Shown piece after piece: positions 24,301 through 36,300 of a DNA stretch of 64,000 nucleotides. Below the pieces are notes generated by a model, which did no database searches, was not told the DNA's origin, and saw nothing but the letters and a program-made list of their open reading frames with translations. This stretch comes from Mantamonas sphyraenae STR306. Lineage: Eukaryota; Protista; CRuMs. The stretch covers positions 204,548 through 268,547 of the forward strand of contig JAPMXV010000033.1 in the NCBI GenBank assembly GCA_026936335.1. The letters run 5' to 3'. The position numbers were made by a program, and so were the translations under genes. Within the stretch, counting starts at the first letter, position 1. Every line of letters starts with the position of its first letter.

Positions 24301-27300
24301 CACATGTGACGGCGATGGCGAGTGATGTGGAGGGAGCATGCGAGGCGGCTGAGGAGCTGCTGGAGGAGCTGGGGATGGAGGCGGAGTTGGACTCTGCGTG
24401 GGCGGTTTTGGCGGTAGGGCTGGAGATGGAAGCCGGCCTGGGCCAGATGATGGCACGGCAATCAGACACGTGGTCGGATGAGGGTACCAAGGGGTTAAAA
24501 GAGGCGAGTGAGGCACTTTACCGCCTGTGGCGACAAGGGTCAAAGGCGTGGGTGGGCGAACTGGAGAAGTTGGTGGATGGGCGACAGGGCGGCAACGGCG
24601 CGGTTGTGGCGCTGCCCACGGTGGAAGTGAAGGAGGAGGTGCCGTTGGACTTGGGGTACGGCGATTCGAATGAGCGCATGCGCGGTGGAGATAGCGAGGA
24701 GGGTGAAGGTGAACCGAGCGAGTCGGTGCTGTTGCGGATGCACAAAGTGCAGGAGGAGCTGAGCCGAGTGGTGAAAGAGATGTTTGGAGTGAATGCGATG
24801 CGGCGCGTGGCTGCGTTGCAAATCGGCAAGCATGCGGCATGGGAGCGGATGGGAGAGTTGCTGGATCGGGTGCGCTGTGTGGCGGAGATTGTTGCACGGC
24901 GAAGCAGCATGTGCGAGCGTGTGTTTAGAGTGTCACAAGGTCTTGTGGCGGCAAAGGAGGCGCTGGTTCGAGTACCATGCCAGGCAGATGAGGCCACGAG
25001 TCGTTTGGAGGGTGCACTTCAGGAGGCGTGTATGGCCGTGGGTGAAGCGATGAACGTGCACAGCGGGACGGGTCTGTACGAGGCGTACAGTGTAACGCAC
25101 GTGTTGCTTGTATGGCTGCGCGACGTGCGTGCAGATATTCGAATGGTGGTGAAAGGGCGGTCGTACGGACGAGGCGGTGGTCTGCGGACGCTGACGCGCA
25201 TGGAATGTGCACGGCGCGTTGCAGAGACACTGCGACAGATGGGACAATGGGATGTGTTGGGGCTGGGAGTGCTGGACATGGCGGAGTTGGACGACGGGGT
25301 GGAGCGAGATGGTTCAATTGTGGAGGACGTTGAAGAGCTGCAGTGTTTGCACGAACACGTGATGTCGGTGTTGCATGCGCTGGAGCGCTCGCCCGTGCAG
25401 GTGGGGGCGGACCTAAAAACGGGTCGCGTGCGTGCGTTGGAGATGCGGATTGCACAGTGCATGCACGTGGGCGTGGTGGGGCGGCTCATGTCCATTCTGG
25501 AACGGGGCCTTGGTGAGGGCAGTGGCGGTAGGAAAGGCAGAGAGTGGAAAGAATTGCACAGCAGGGTGGACAAAGAGGTGCGGAAACTGCGGCTGGTGGA
25601 AGAGGCGCTGGCAACGACGCTGTTTGACCAGCTGCGCACGATGGACAGCAACCTGGGCTTTGTAAACGAGTTTCTGACGCAGCTGAACAACGGTTCGTCG
25701 CTGGAACTGCTGGCGTGGGAGAACTTTGCGCGTGAAGAGGTGCGGAACGTGGTGTTGTGTGTGTGCAAGAGCGAAGATCTGCAGTGGGTAGCGCGCACGA
25801 TGGAAGACGTGGGAGCGCTGGAGGAAGAGACGGTGGCCAGGATGATGGCGAAGGTGGAGGAGGTGTGCAATGAGTCGGACACCGGTGTCGTTGTGGAAGA
25901 GGCGCGTGTGACATGGGGTGAAGCAGAACGAAGTCTGCTTGCGGAGTCTGCACGCAACATTGGCGAGGAGCAGACGAAGTACGTGGCAGCGAGACTGGCT
26001 CCCCTTCGTGAGGAGTTGGAGAAGCTGGATGATGTGGAGATGCGCAAGCAGTACCTTGTGGGTGGCTTGTCGAGTGTGTTGGGACTGGGTTTGATGGTGC
26101 TGAAGATCCGGCTGCGATTCCAGGGGTGGATGAGGGACAGTCTGATTTCATCGGAGCTGCGTATGACGCGGGAGGACATCCAGCACCTGTTGCACGTGCG
26201 CGTGTCTGAAGGCACGATCCAAGTGGAACATGTGTTGGATGCAATGGGCCGTTCGTCGCCGGAGGAGTATCGCGCGGACAAGAGCTGCATGGTAAAGGTG
26301 ATGAACATTGTGCAGGGAACACTTGGGAGCAAGGCAGGCAGTGGACGCCAGCTGTTTGAAAGCGAGGGACCGGCGCTGCAGGACCGACTGGCGCAAGTGG
26401 GTGTTGCGGACGTTAGCCTGGACGGTATGGCAGAGTGCGGCGAAACGCGCCTGGATCAGGAATTGACGGCGACGAAAATCTTTGCTGTGAGCGAGCGTGC
26501 GAGCTTGCTGTGGCAGTGGATCAAGACACTGATGGAACTGCGCTTCATGAGGGCGATGCAGGATCTGGCGAGCGGCCTGCACAGCGGCGGGCCAAAGTCG
26601 AAGAAAGCAGGTGCGAAGCGAGAGTCGAACTACGGCAGCAACTACAAGGGCCAAGCGACGATGGTGGGGTCTTTGGAAGAGGTGGACGAGTCGCTTGTGG
26701 ACAGTTTGTACAACAGCGCGTCTGTGATGGCGCAGGAACGAGATCAAGTGGTGGATGAAAAGGACACCGAGTTGTTCGAGGGATTTGGAACAGGCGACGA
26801 GGACGCGTCGATTGCGTCTTTGTATGGGTCGGCGGCGTTGGGGGTCGGGATGGTTGTTGGCGAGGATGACACAGAGGCGAGTGGTGGGTTGTATGGTGCA
26901 GTCAATGTGGTTGACACCGGCGCTGGTGTTGGTGGTGGAGGGTTGTACGGTGCTGGGGCAGGTGCGTCTGTGTCGGGGTATGGTGTTGGCGCGCAGCAGG
27001 GAGGGGGTGTCGGTGGAGGTGTCGGTGGATCCGGGTATGGCGCTGGTTCTGGTGTGCAGCAGCTGGGTGGCGATGCAGGAGGTGTCGGTGGATCCGGGTA
27101 TGGCGCTGGTGTTGGTGTGCAACAGCTGGGTGGTGATGCAGGAGGTGTCGGTGGATCCGGGTATGGTGCTGGTGTTGGTGTGCAGCAGCTGGGTGGCGAT
27201 GTTGGTGGATCCGGGTATGGCGCTGGTGTTGGTGTGCAGCAGCTGGGTGGCGATGTTGGTGGATCCGGGTATGGCGCTGGTGTTGGCGTACAGCAGCTGG

Positions 27301-30300
27301 GTGGCGATGTTGGTGGATCCGGGTATGGCGCTGGTGTTGGTGTGCAGCAGCTGGGTGGCGATGTTGGTGGATCCGGGTATGGCGCTGGTGTTGGTGTGCA
27401 GCAGCTGGGTGGCGATGTTGGTGGATCCGGGTATGGCGCTGGTGTTGGCGTACAGCAGCTGGGTGGCGATGTTGGTGGATCCGGGTATGGCGCTGGTGTT
27501 GGTGTGCAGCAGCTGGGTGGCGATGTTGGTGGATCCGGGTATGGCGCTGGTGTTGGCGTACAGCAGCTGGGTGGCGATCTAGGTGGTGTTGGTGGATCCG
27601 GGTATGGCGCTGGTGTTGGTGTGCAGCAGCTGGGTGGCGATGTTGGTGGATCCGGGTATGGCGCTGGTGTTGGTGTACCGCAGCTGGGTGACATCTCTGC
27701 GGTCGGCGGCTCTGCATATGGCACGGCGGGAACAGTCGAGCAACTTGGAGACATCGAACAAACCGTGTCGCTGCCGGGTGAGACCAGCACCATCGGAGGA
27801 GCTGCGTACGGGAACCCTGTTGCCCTGGACGATCTAGAAGGGCTCACCAGCACCGTTGATGGAGAGGACGATGAGGAAGACGAGTATGGCGACGAGGACG
27901 ACGAGGAAGACGAAGAAGATATGGAGCGCAAGCGCAAGAATGCGATCAAGCTGGTCAACAATACGCATTCACAGGTCAACAAGAGGGGAAACTCTCGCCT
28001 GCGGAGCGTCTTTCAACGTGGCGTGAATGCCGCACGCATGCTGGGCCAGAAGAATAGCACCAAGATGCAGCTGTCGGACGTCGTTCTTGAGGCCAAGCGC
28101 CTCGAGGAGAGCGTCAACATCGAAGAGGTGCTCAAAATGGACGCAAAGGGCAAGACGTCGATGGGAGTGCTGGAGACCAGCGAGAAGCTGAGTTTGTCCA
28201 CACCGCTGAGTGAGCCGTACAGCGAAAATGTGTGGCTTCTGTTTGCAGAGTTTGACCGCAACGTTGCCATGGAGGAAGGGGCGCGTCACTTTGGCTTCTC
28301 CGGCTCCGCCGTTGGCATGAACAGCCACGATGCCATCTCGGCCATGCTTACCGCCGATCGCGAGGTGTGGAACAACAGCAAGTTGTTTGGAGAGGCAGTC
28401 GTGCGTTCGTGGGACGCAGAGCGCACGGAGGAGCAACAGCAGGCTGCCATTGAAGACATTGCATCTAAACAAGAGCCGGTGGGTGCGTTTGGCTCAGCCG
28501 GCATTGTCCAAGATGTGCGTGACTGGAACGAAGAGTTTCAGCAACTGCTCGAATCGCCCACGCTGTCGCCAGAGTCGATCGACGAGCGCTCCAAGGCGAT
28601 CGCACGCCTGTCGCGTGAATTTGTGGAAGCCATTGCGGAAGGCGTCAAGACGGTCATCCACGAGATCCACCTGCCAGCATCGCTAAAGTCGATCAAACCC
28701 GTCGCAGGCAAGGGCGTAGCTGGAGGCGAGAAGTACATCTACAAGGGTGCGTTCCTCAAGTTTGCATTTGACGACAAAAATGTGTATGGCAAGAACAGGT
28801 ATGCGATGAAGGCGGCAGGTCACGAGCTGAAGGGTCTGAACGCGTACATCTCGTGCGGCGTGGACCATCTACACTTTCCCCTCATGGCTCTGTTGGACTA
28901 CGGCGGCTACCGCATGATTGCGACGTCGCTGCTGCCCATTGGTGGAAACAACAACGAAACTCTTATCTACGGCTCCGACGACGCGGGCGACACTGTGCAC
29001 ACGGACGACGAACGCTTGAATGAGATGATGGAGGCAGCCGCAGCCAAGATTGGACTCAAAGCACACACAGTGCAACAGATGAGCCTTCCCATGCAGCCCA
29101 AAGTCCTTTGTGGGCCGGTCGACGTCGAGGGACACAGAGGCACGGACGGCCGATACTACATCCTGGACACAGCTCGCGTGTTCCCGCCACAGGTGCCTGC
29201 AACCAATGCCATGGGAGAGGTGGAAATCGACTGCTACTATTTGATTCGCCTGTTCCGGCGCGAGTTCCTTGCGCGGTACGATGAGCCGCTGTCGTCGGAT
29301 GCGCTGAGCCGATTCGTGCCAGACGATACCGAGGCAGAGGCAAACAACATGGGTGTGTTTCATGCCACGTCGGTGCTGTTAAAGCGGTTTGTGCCTACGC
29401 TGGCGCAGCACCTGGACTCTGAGTGGACCAACGGGGAGCTCAAGTTGGAGAGCGCGGACCAGCTGCGCGAGCTGGTAGAAGTGACCCACCGTATGGGCGT
29501 CAACGTGAGGTGGCTGGGTGCGGTGCGTGACCGAACAGAGAACTCCGAGTTGCGCAAGGCTCTGCTCGTGGAGATGATTGCGCGAACGGCACGAAAGATT
29601 CTGGGTCACAAGCTGCGCGGGGCAGCGGGTTCTGTGGTGTATCGGCGCAACGAATACGAGAGAATTGCATGCACACTGCTGAACGACATGTTTGGCGTGG
29701 GTACGCGGACTCGAGAGATGATGTTGCGCGTGGAAAAGATGGTGATGGAAAAGTACCCGCGTGCGCTGAGGGACGAAGAGCGAAACATGGGAGGGCATGG
29801 TATCAAGACACTGCTTGGGGTGCGAGAACACGATGTTCTGCTAGAGCGCATCGAGCAGTTGACCGGTATCGAGGTGGAATGCGCGCGGCCTGCGTTTGTG
29901 AAGCTGGACGAGAGCGTGCTTGTGGCGCTGGACGAGCGCAGAGGCTTTAGCGGCCTGGAAGAAGCGAGCAGTAGCTTGGGCGTGTCTGTGAGCAGCGCGT
30001 TGAGCAGTGCGTCAAGCAGTGTAGGAGGCGACGGCGATGGGCCGTTGTCGGACGTGGCCCTTGGGGTGCATGTGGTGACGTTTGACCACGTGCACTACGT
30101 AGGCATGGTGGTGAAGCACGTAGACGCGCAGCCGTTTAGCAAGGACATGGTGCACAGCAACAAGCACGACGACATTGTGTCGTTTTACAAGAAGCAGCTG
30201 GAGCTGTACGAAGAGTGGTACGGCAGCCAATCGTTGACTCTGTGCAAGCCGCTGCGCAACCTGGCCATGGTTTACGCCGAGTTTGGCAAGTACAAGGACA

Positions 30301-33300
30301 CGCTGCGCACGCTGAGCCAGCTGTTCAGCTTGGTGGACGACACAGTTGTCCCTGACCAGGGCCAGTCGGCAGAGAGCAAGTTGGACGTGACATGGGAAAA
30401 GATCGAAGCGTATCTCCTTCACGGACGCATTCTGCTCAAGTTTGGCGAGTACGAACAGGTAAAGTCGCTGGTGAAGCACGCCAAGAAGCGTGCGCCGCCT
30501 GAGCTGAGACTGGAAGCGTATGTGGCCGAGAAAAAGGAGACTGAAGAGCAGCGAAGAAGCCGCAAGAACAAGGGCATCCGAGCGAAAATCAGAACAGAAT
30601 ATGTGACGCCGGGGCCGGCGATTCTGCGCTGGTTCAAGACGCTGCTGGGGCTGCGGCAGCTGGAAGATGCAGTGACCTTTCAAACCTCAGGAGGGATTGT
30701 GGATCTGCAGCGTGGAAGCATGCAGCGTGAAAACCATTTGTCGCGGATGAGCACGCTTATTGAGCCCATGGAAAAGGGGTTTGTGATGAACGTGCCGACG
30801 GCGAAGCGGGGAGCCGGCGAACAGGTGCGAAGGAGGCAGAGGAGGCGACGAAAGCTCAAGTACAGGGTGAAGATGCGCGAAGAGGAGTGGAGTCTGTGCA
30901 TGCTGATTGAGAACCGAGTGCACCGGCTGGAAGACCCGCGAGCAGATTTGGAGCTGTTGCAGGAGATGGTTGGGCAGAAGCACAGCAGTGTGGGCAAGTA
31001 CATGCTGCAGATGGCTGACATGTGGCTACACGGAGTGCTGGCGGATAGGAGCGTGTCGTCTGTGGACATGGCAGAGAATCTGGTGAAACATAGCGTGGAC
31101 ATCCTTGCAAACTCGTTGGGCTTCCTGACGCAACAGGTGGGCATGGCGCGATTAACGCTGGCCGCGGTGTACCTGCGACGTATGAAGTACAACGAGTGTC
31201 TGAAGCAGACGGAAATGGCGGTCAAGGTGCTGGAGTACGCATTGGGCGAACTGAACGAGAAAACGCTGGAGGCGCGAACGCGACTGGTCAAGGTACTCGA
31301 GACCATGCAGCTCAAGGGGATGGTGGATGGAAAGCGTGTGCGAGAGGAGGAGGTGCTACTGAACCTGTTGAAGCAGCAAGCAAACCGTGTGCCCAGAGCT
31401 GTGGAAGGTGTGGACCGTGCTCGCACGGAGGGTGTGCGTGTGGATCTGCGCGGGCTGGTAAAGAGTGACGTGTTTGGAATGGCCACGTGGGACATGGACG
31501 CAGTGCGGGGTGAGAAGGAGCGGACGTACAAGGCGACAGGCTTGGGAACAGTTTACTCGATGGAGGTGATCGTGAAAGTGGACGGAGAAACACGGACGGT
31601 ATCGATGCCCGTTGCAATTGTGGAGCTGGTGGAGGGGGTGGGCAATTCGGAGGGGGTGATGAACGGAGTGCGGTACTTTGAGACGCTGCCTGGCCATGGT
31701 GCCTTTGTGGTGCCTGCATTCATGCAAATGCCGCGTATGCTGTGGAAGGAGGAGCGCACGAACGAGCTGCAGGTTGTAGTGGACGACCGTGTGATTCCGT
31801 GTGCATATGTGACGATGAAGCAGTCGGCGACGCTGAAGGAAGTGCGCGAGGAGCTGGAGACGCAACGGCATCTTGCAAACGGGTCGGTGCTTGGTCTGCC
31901 AGAGACGTTCCAATTTGTGTACCCGAACGCGATGCAAGCGTTTGGTGGAGTGCAGGCGCCAACGCTGACGGAGGAGTTTGTGCGTGTGGAACAGCTTGCA
32001 TGGGAAAAGCGAGGGCGGCCAATGGGCCTGTTTCTGCACGTACGCAGCCAGTGCGACGAGGTGTCTGTGAAACTGGTCAAGGCGGAGCAAGCGCGGGGTG
32101 CGCAGTTGCTTGAGGCAGCGAGCAAGAGCCGCGAGGCGGGAAGCAGTAGCAGTAGCAGCAGCGAGTGGGGAGTAGAGGAGGACAGCACGATGGGATCGGA
32201 GGAGTGCATGGTGGAGATCCGGTGTGGCACAGAAACAATGCTCCGTGTGGATGTGGGTGGCGTGGAGACGTTGCTGGACGAGGTGCGTGAGCTTTGCGGA
32301 GACGGAGCGAGAGAGTTGCACTTTGTGTATGCTCGTGGACGTCGCAGGGGCCAGCGGGTGCCGCGGGAGAAGGAAGGCGGGACAAAGGTGGAGATGTGCA
32401 TGCCCATGTCGACTTGCAAGGCTGAACGAGAGGAGAGGGGATACACGCATGATCACCAGTCGGGGCGACGAGGGGCACCTGCGTCGAGTGTGAGGCGTTG
32501 GTGGGGTGCACAGGTGCGACGCAGGCACCACAAGCATTGCCATGAACTGGGAAAGGCGAGGGAGGATGTGAGTGTACGCAGCAACGTGTTGGCACTGGAG
32601 TGTGCCTTGATGCTGGTGTTGACAGAACGCGAGCTGGGCGAAGGAGTGGATGATGAGGACGAGGTGGAAGCTGGTGAGGAGATGGTGACATGGCTGCCAG
32701 GCGCTCTGGAAGAGGCGTGTTCCACACGTGACATCCAAGAGGTGCGCCGTGTGGTGGCGGAGATGGGCACAGACGAGCTCGTGTGGCAGGACTGGAAGGG
32801 ACAGACGATTCTGCATTGGTGTGCACGCGAGGTGGCAAACGAGGCGTGCAGCGAAGTGATGAAGCGAGCGCGACAATGCATGACCAAGAAGCAGCTGGAG
32901 ATGTGGTGCGGATTGAAGGACAACAACGGCGTCCTGGCGCTGGACTTGGCGTTGGCGCATGAATCCATGGGTGTTGTGAAGGAGCTGTGCAGGCACGGTG
33001 CACTTGAAAGTACAGAGCTTCTGGGCTTCCGGGTGGGTCGTCTACTGGATCGCGGGGAGATAGAGCTGAGTGCGGTGAACGCTGTGTACTGCAAGCAGAT
33101 GGACCACCTGGACGCGTTGAGCGAACGCTTGGACGTGTGGCAAGAGCAATCTGTGTTTGGCACAGTGATGCACATGGTGTGTGCAGTGGTGAAAGAGAGC
33201 GAGACAGTGACGGAGCTTCTGGAGCGTGGAGGACATGTGCAGCTGGCGTCTGTGAACGGCTTTGGGCAGAACTGTCTTCACGTGGCCATGACTTGTGGCA

Positions 33301-36300
33301 ACGTGGGTGCGACGCGTGCAATCCATGACTGGTACATGCCGAAACAAGAGGCTGCGTTGCAGGACCTGCTTGCGGAAGATCGACAGCGGATGATGTACGA
33401 AAGGCGCCGAAAAGGAGCTAAATCGGGTTGGAGGGGAATGCTGGAGAAAACGATTGCGGCGGGCCACATCGAATGCGCCCTGGTGATGGACGACGTGTAC
33501 TTGGACGAATGGGAGATCTTCGGCCCGATGGTGAACCGGGTGGCAAACCAGATGGGCATTGTGTGGCGCTATGGCGCATCAAAGAAGCGAGGTCTGGACG
33601 GACGCGTGTGGGACCCGCAAACGAGCAAGCGCAAGGTTGCGTGGCGCACCGTCTCACCGTGGGAGACAGAAGATGAAAAGACGCTGGTGGTGAGCAGCGA
33701 GACGGAAACACAGTACGCGTGGCAAGATGCAGTATGGGCGGGAGATGTGTCGAGAGCATCCGCGTGGATGCAGCAAGTGGGCCAGTATGAGGAGTGGGAA
33801 AATTTGTGTGCGATGGGTTGGACGCCACTGCTGCTTGCTTGTGAGCGTGGCGACACGGAGATGGCGCTGTATGTGTTGTCGGTGGACTTTTTCGATCCGC
33901 TGGACGTGACGCAACGAGGTGAAAGTGTTCTCCACATTGCAGGGCGGCGGGGACTCGTGAGAGTTCTGGAGAAGCTGGAGGCGATGTTGGAGGACGAGAC
34001 TTTGGAGGAGATGCAGGGGTTGCAGACGGTGGGCAGTGCGTACACAGCGTTGCATGTGGCTTTGTTGGAAAAGCAGTTTGAGGCGTATGAGACACTTCTG
34101 CGGATGGGTGTGGATCCGAGTGTGCAGGATGCGTGGAAACGTGCGAGCTGGGTCCTGGAGGAGGAGCTGCGCGGCGGGGTTGTGGAAGCTATGCTGGCTA
34201 GGGACGAGTCGCGGCTTGCGTTCCTGGAAAGGTGGCACCACGGACGCGTGACGGGGTATGGTACGTGTGCGTACCATCGGGACGAGCTCATGCTGCACCT
34301 TGGCCACTATGCGGTGATGGCAGGGTGGCTGGACGGGTTGAAGCTGGTGAAGGCAGAGTACGGCGTGCGTGTGCACGAGTGCCTCGTCGGCCAACTTTCT
34401 TCACAACCGAGTGAGTCGCAAAACGCAACGTCCAAGAGTCCTCAGGAGGCAGGGACACTGCTGCAGTTTGCACTGACTCAGAGATCGGATGACAGCATTG
34501 TGCTGTGGCTACTGGAGCAGGAGGAGGAGTTGGAACATGTGGAGACGCGCAACGAGAGCGGCAGGAACGCACTGGAGATTGCATTGGTGTGGAATGCGAG
34601 CGATGCTGTGGTCGAACGCCTTTTGGCGCTGATGGAGTCTGCACATTCTGTGTACAGCATTGAACCGCGGTCGGAGTGGAGCGCGCTTCACACGGCTGCA
34701 GCTTTGGGCCGTGTGGAGTGGGTGCGCACCATGCTTGCATGCAAGGAGCTGGAATTGGCAAGTGAGGAGAGCGAGGAGCGGCGAGTGGAGCTTGAACCGA
34801 GGGGTTGGCGCGCGCGCGGGGTGACGGAAACAGCACTGGAGGTTGCAGTGCGGCACGGGCATGCAGAGATTGTGGCGTTGCTGTTGGATGCTGGGAGTGT
34901 GGTGAGTGCATCGCGTGTGGTCAAGGCGCTTGCGGGCGGAGGTGCAGTGTCGGTGGCGGAAGTGTTTGAGCACCGCGGGCTCGAACTGGACGTGTCTGAG
35001 CTTGCAGTGGCTGCGTACGACATGCGCGAGATTGAGATGATGCATTGGGCGTTGGCACGTGGGCAGTGGGCACGCGAGTCTCGGTCAACTCACGTGAGCC
35101 GAAGGTGCTGGGGCGAGGAGGAGGACCGTGTGGTGGGCGACATCCTGGAGCGTCATCAAGATGTGTACGCAGCGATGAGTGCGTGCATGTACAATGTGCA
35201 CAAAAACGCAGCGTGGCGACAAAGCATGCTGCGTGTGTTGCGTTCTGGTCTGCTGCCAGGTTTGGCGACCGAGGGGGACGATGTGAGCCGTTTTCTGCGT
35301 GACGTGTTGTACCTGTGTTGTGACGAGTTTGACTCGGGCGACGCGGAGTGCGTTGGCGAGGCATGGGTGGCGCTCGCGCGTGAGCAGGAGAAGGGGTCGC
35401 GCACCGATGTATTGTGGCTGAACAGCAGGGTACAGCCGAGCAACATGGTGCTGTGCGGTTTGGCAGAGAGTCTGCTTGAGATCAAGAGACTGGAAGGGAT
35501 GATGGATAGTGGGGAAAGCGCATCATCGCCATCAGCATTGGCCGCTGAGGATGGCAGTGAAGGAAGTGGAAGCGAGGAGGATGATGATGACGACGAGGTG
35601 TGGGTGTCCAACGTTCTGAAGGCGTTGAGTGTAGAGGTTGCCCTTGCTTGCAACCGCCGCGAAGTGGTGCTGGGCAAGCTGGAGTTGCACACGGGCTGGG
35701 TCGGGCGCTACCGGAAGCTGTGCAAAGAGGGACAAGGGATGGCGTGCAGGGAGACATTGCAGTGGATGATGGATGAGGTGCTGACGAACGGCGAGGTGAT
35801 GGGATTGCGAGATTTTGTGCCGCTGATGCACGCTGTGATCGAGTTTGCACAGTGGGAGGTGTTCCAGTGGGTGTGGCTCCGTGTGGTAGAGGCCGGCGAG
35901 GTGTCTACAGAGTATTACCGCGAAAAACTGGTGAGTATGTTGGAGCGTGCGTGCACGTACGCCGGGTCTGCGTGGATGGCCGACCTGGTGGTGTGTGCAC
36001 ACAGCCGGGGGCGACGTGGAAGCGCACAGGCTGTGGAGTCGATGGTGGAGAACGCAGGCATGAGCGTCAGTACGACGGTTGTGGAGAGGCTTGTGCAGGG
36101 TGGAAGTATGAAGGAGGCGGAAGCGGTGTTGGAGCGTGCAGACATGAGCAGAGCAGATGCAGAGACGTATGGAAGAGTGTTGGCGAGCGGCGCAAGGGAA
36201 ATCTCGTGGACGGATGATCTGTTTTCGCTTGTGCGGGCGCTGGTGAGTCAGATGGGCATCGAGTGGATGTACGAGGTGTGGATGTGTGTGATGGTCCGCG

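Noticed and set aside
27024-27692. CRISPR-like array
   Set aside because: Units are contiguous with no unique spacers, are in frame in a eukaryotic CDS, and no cas genes are present.
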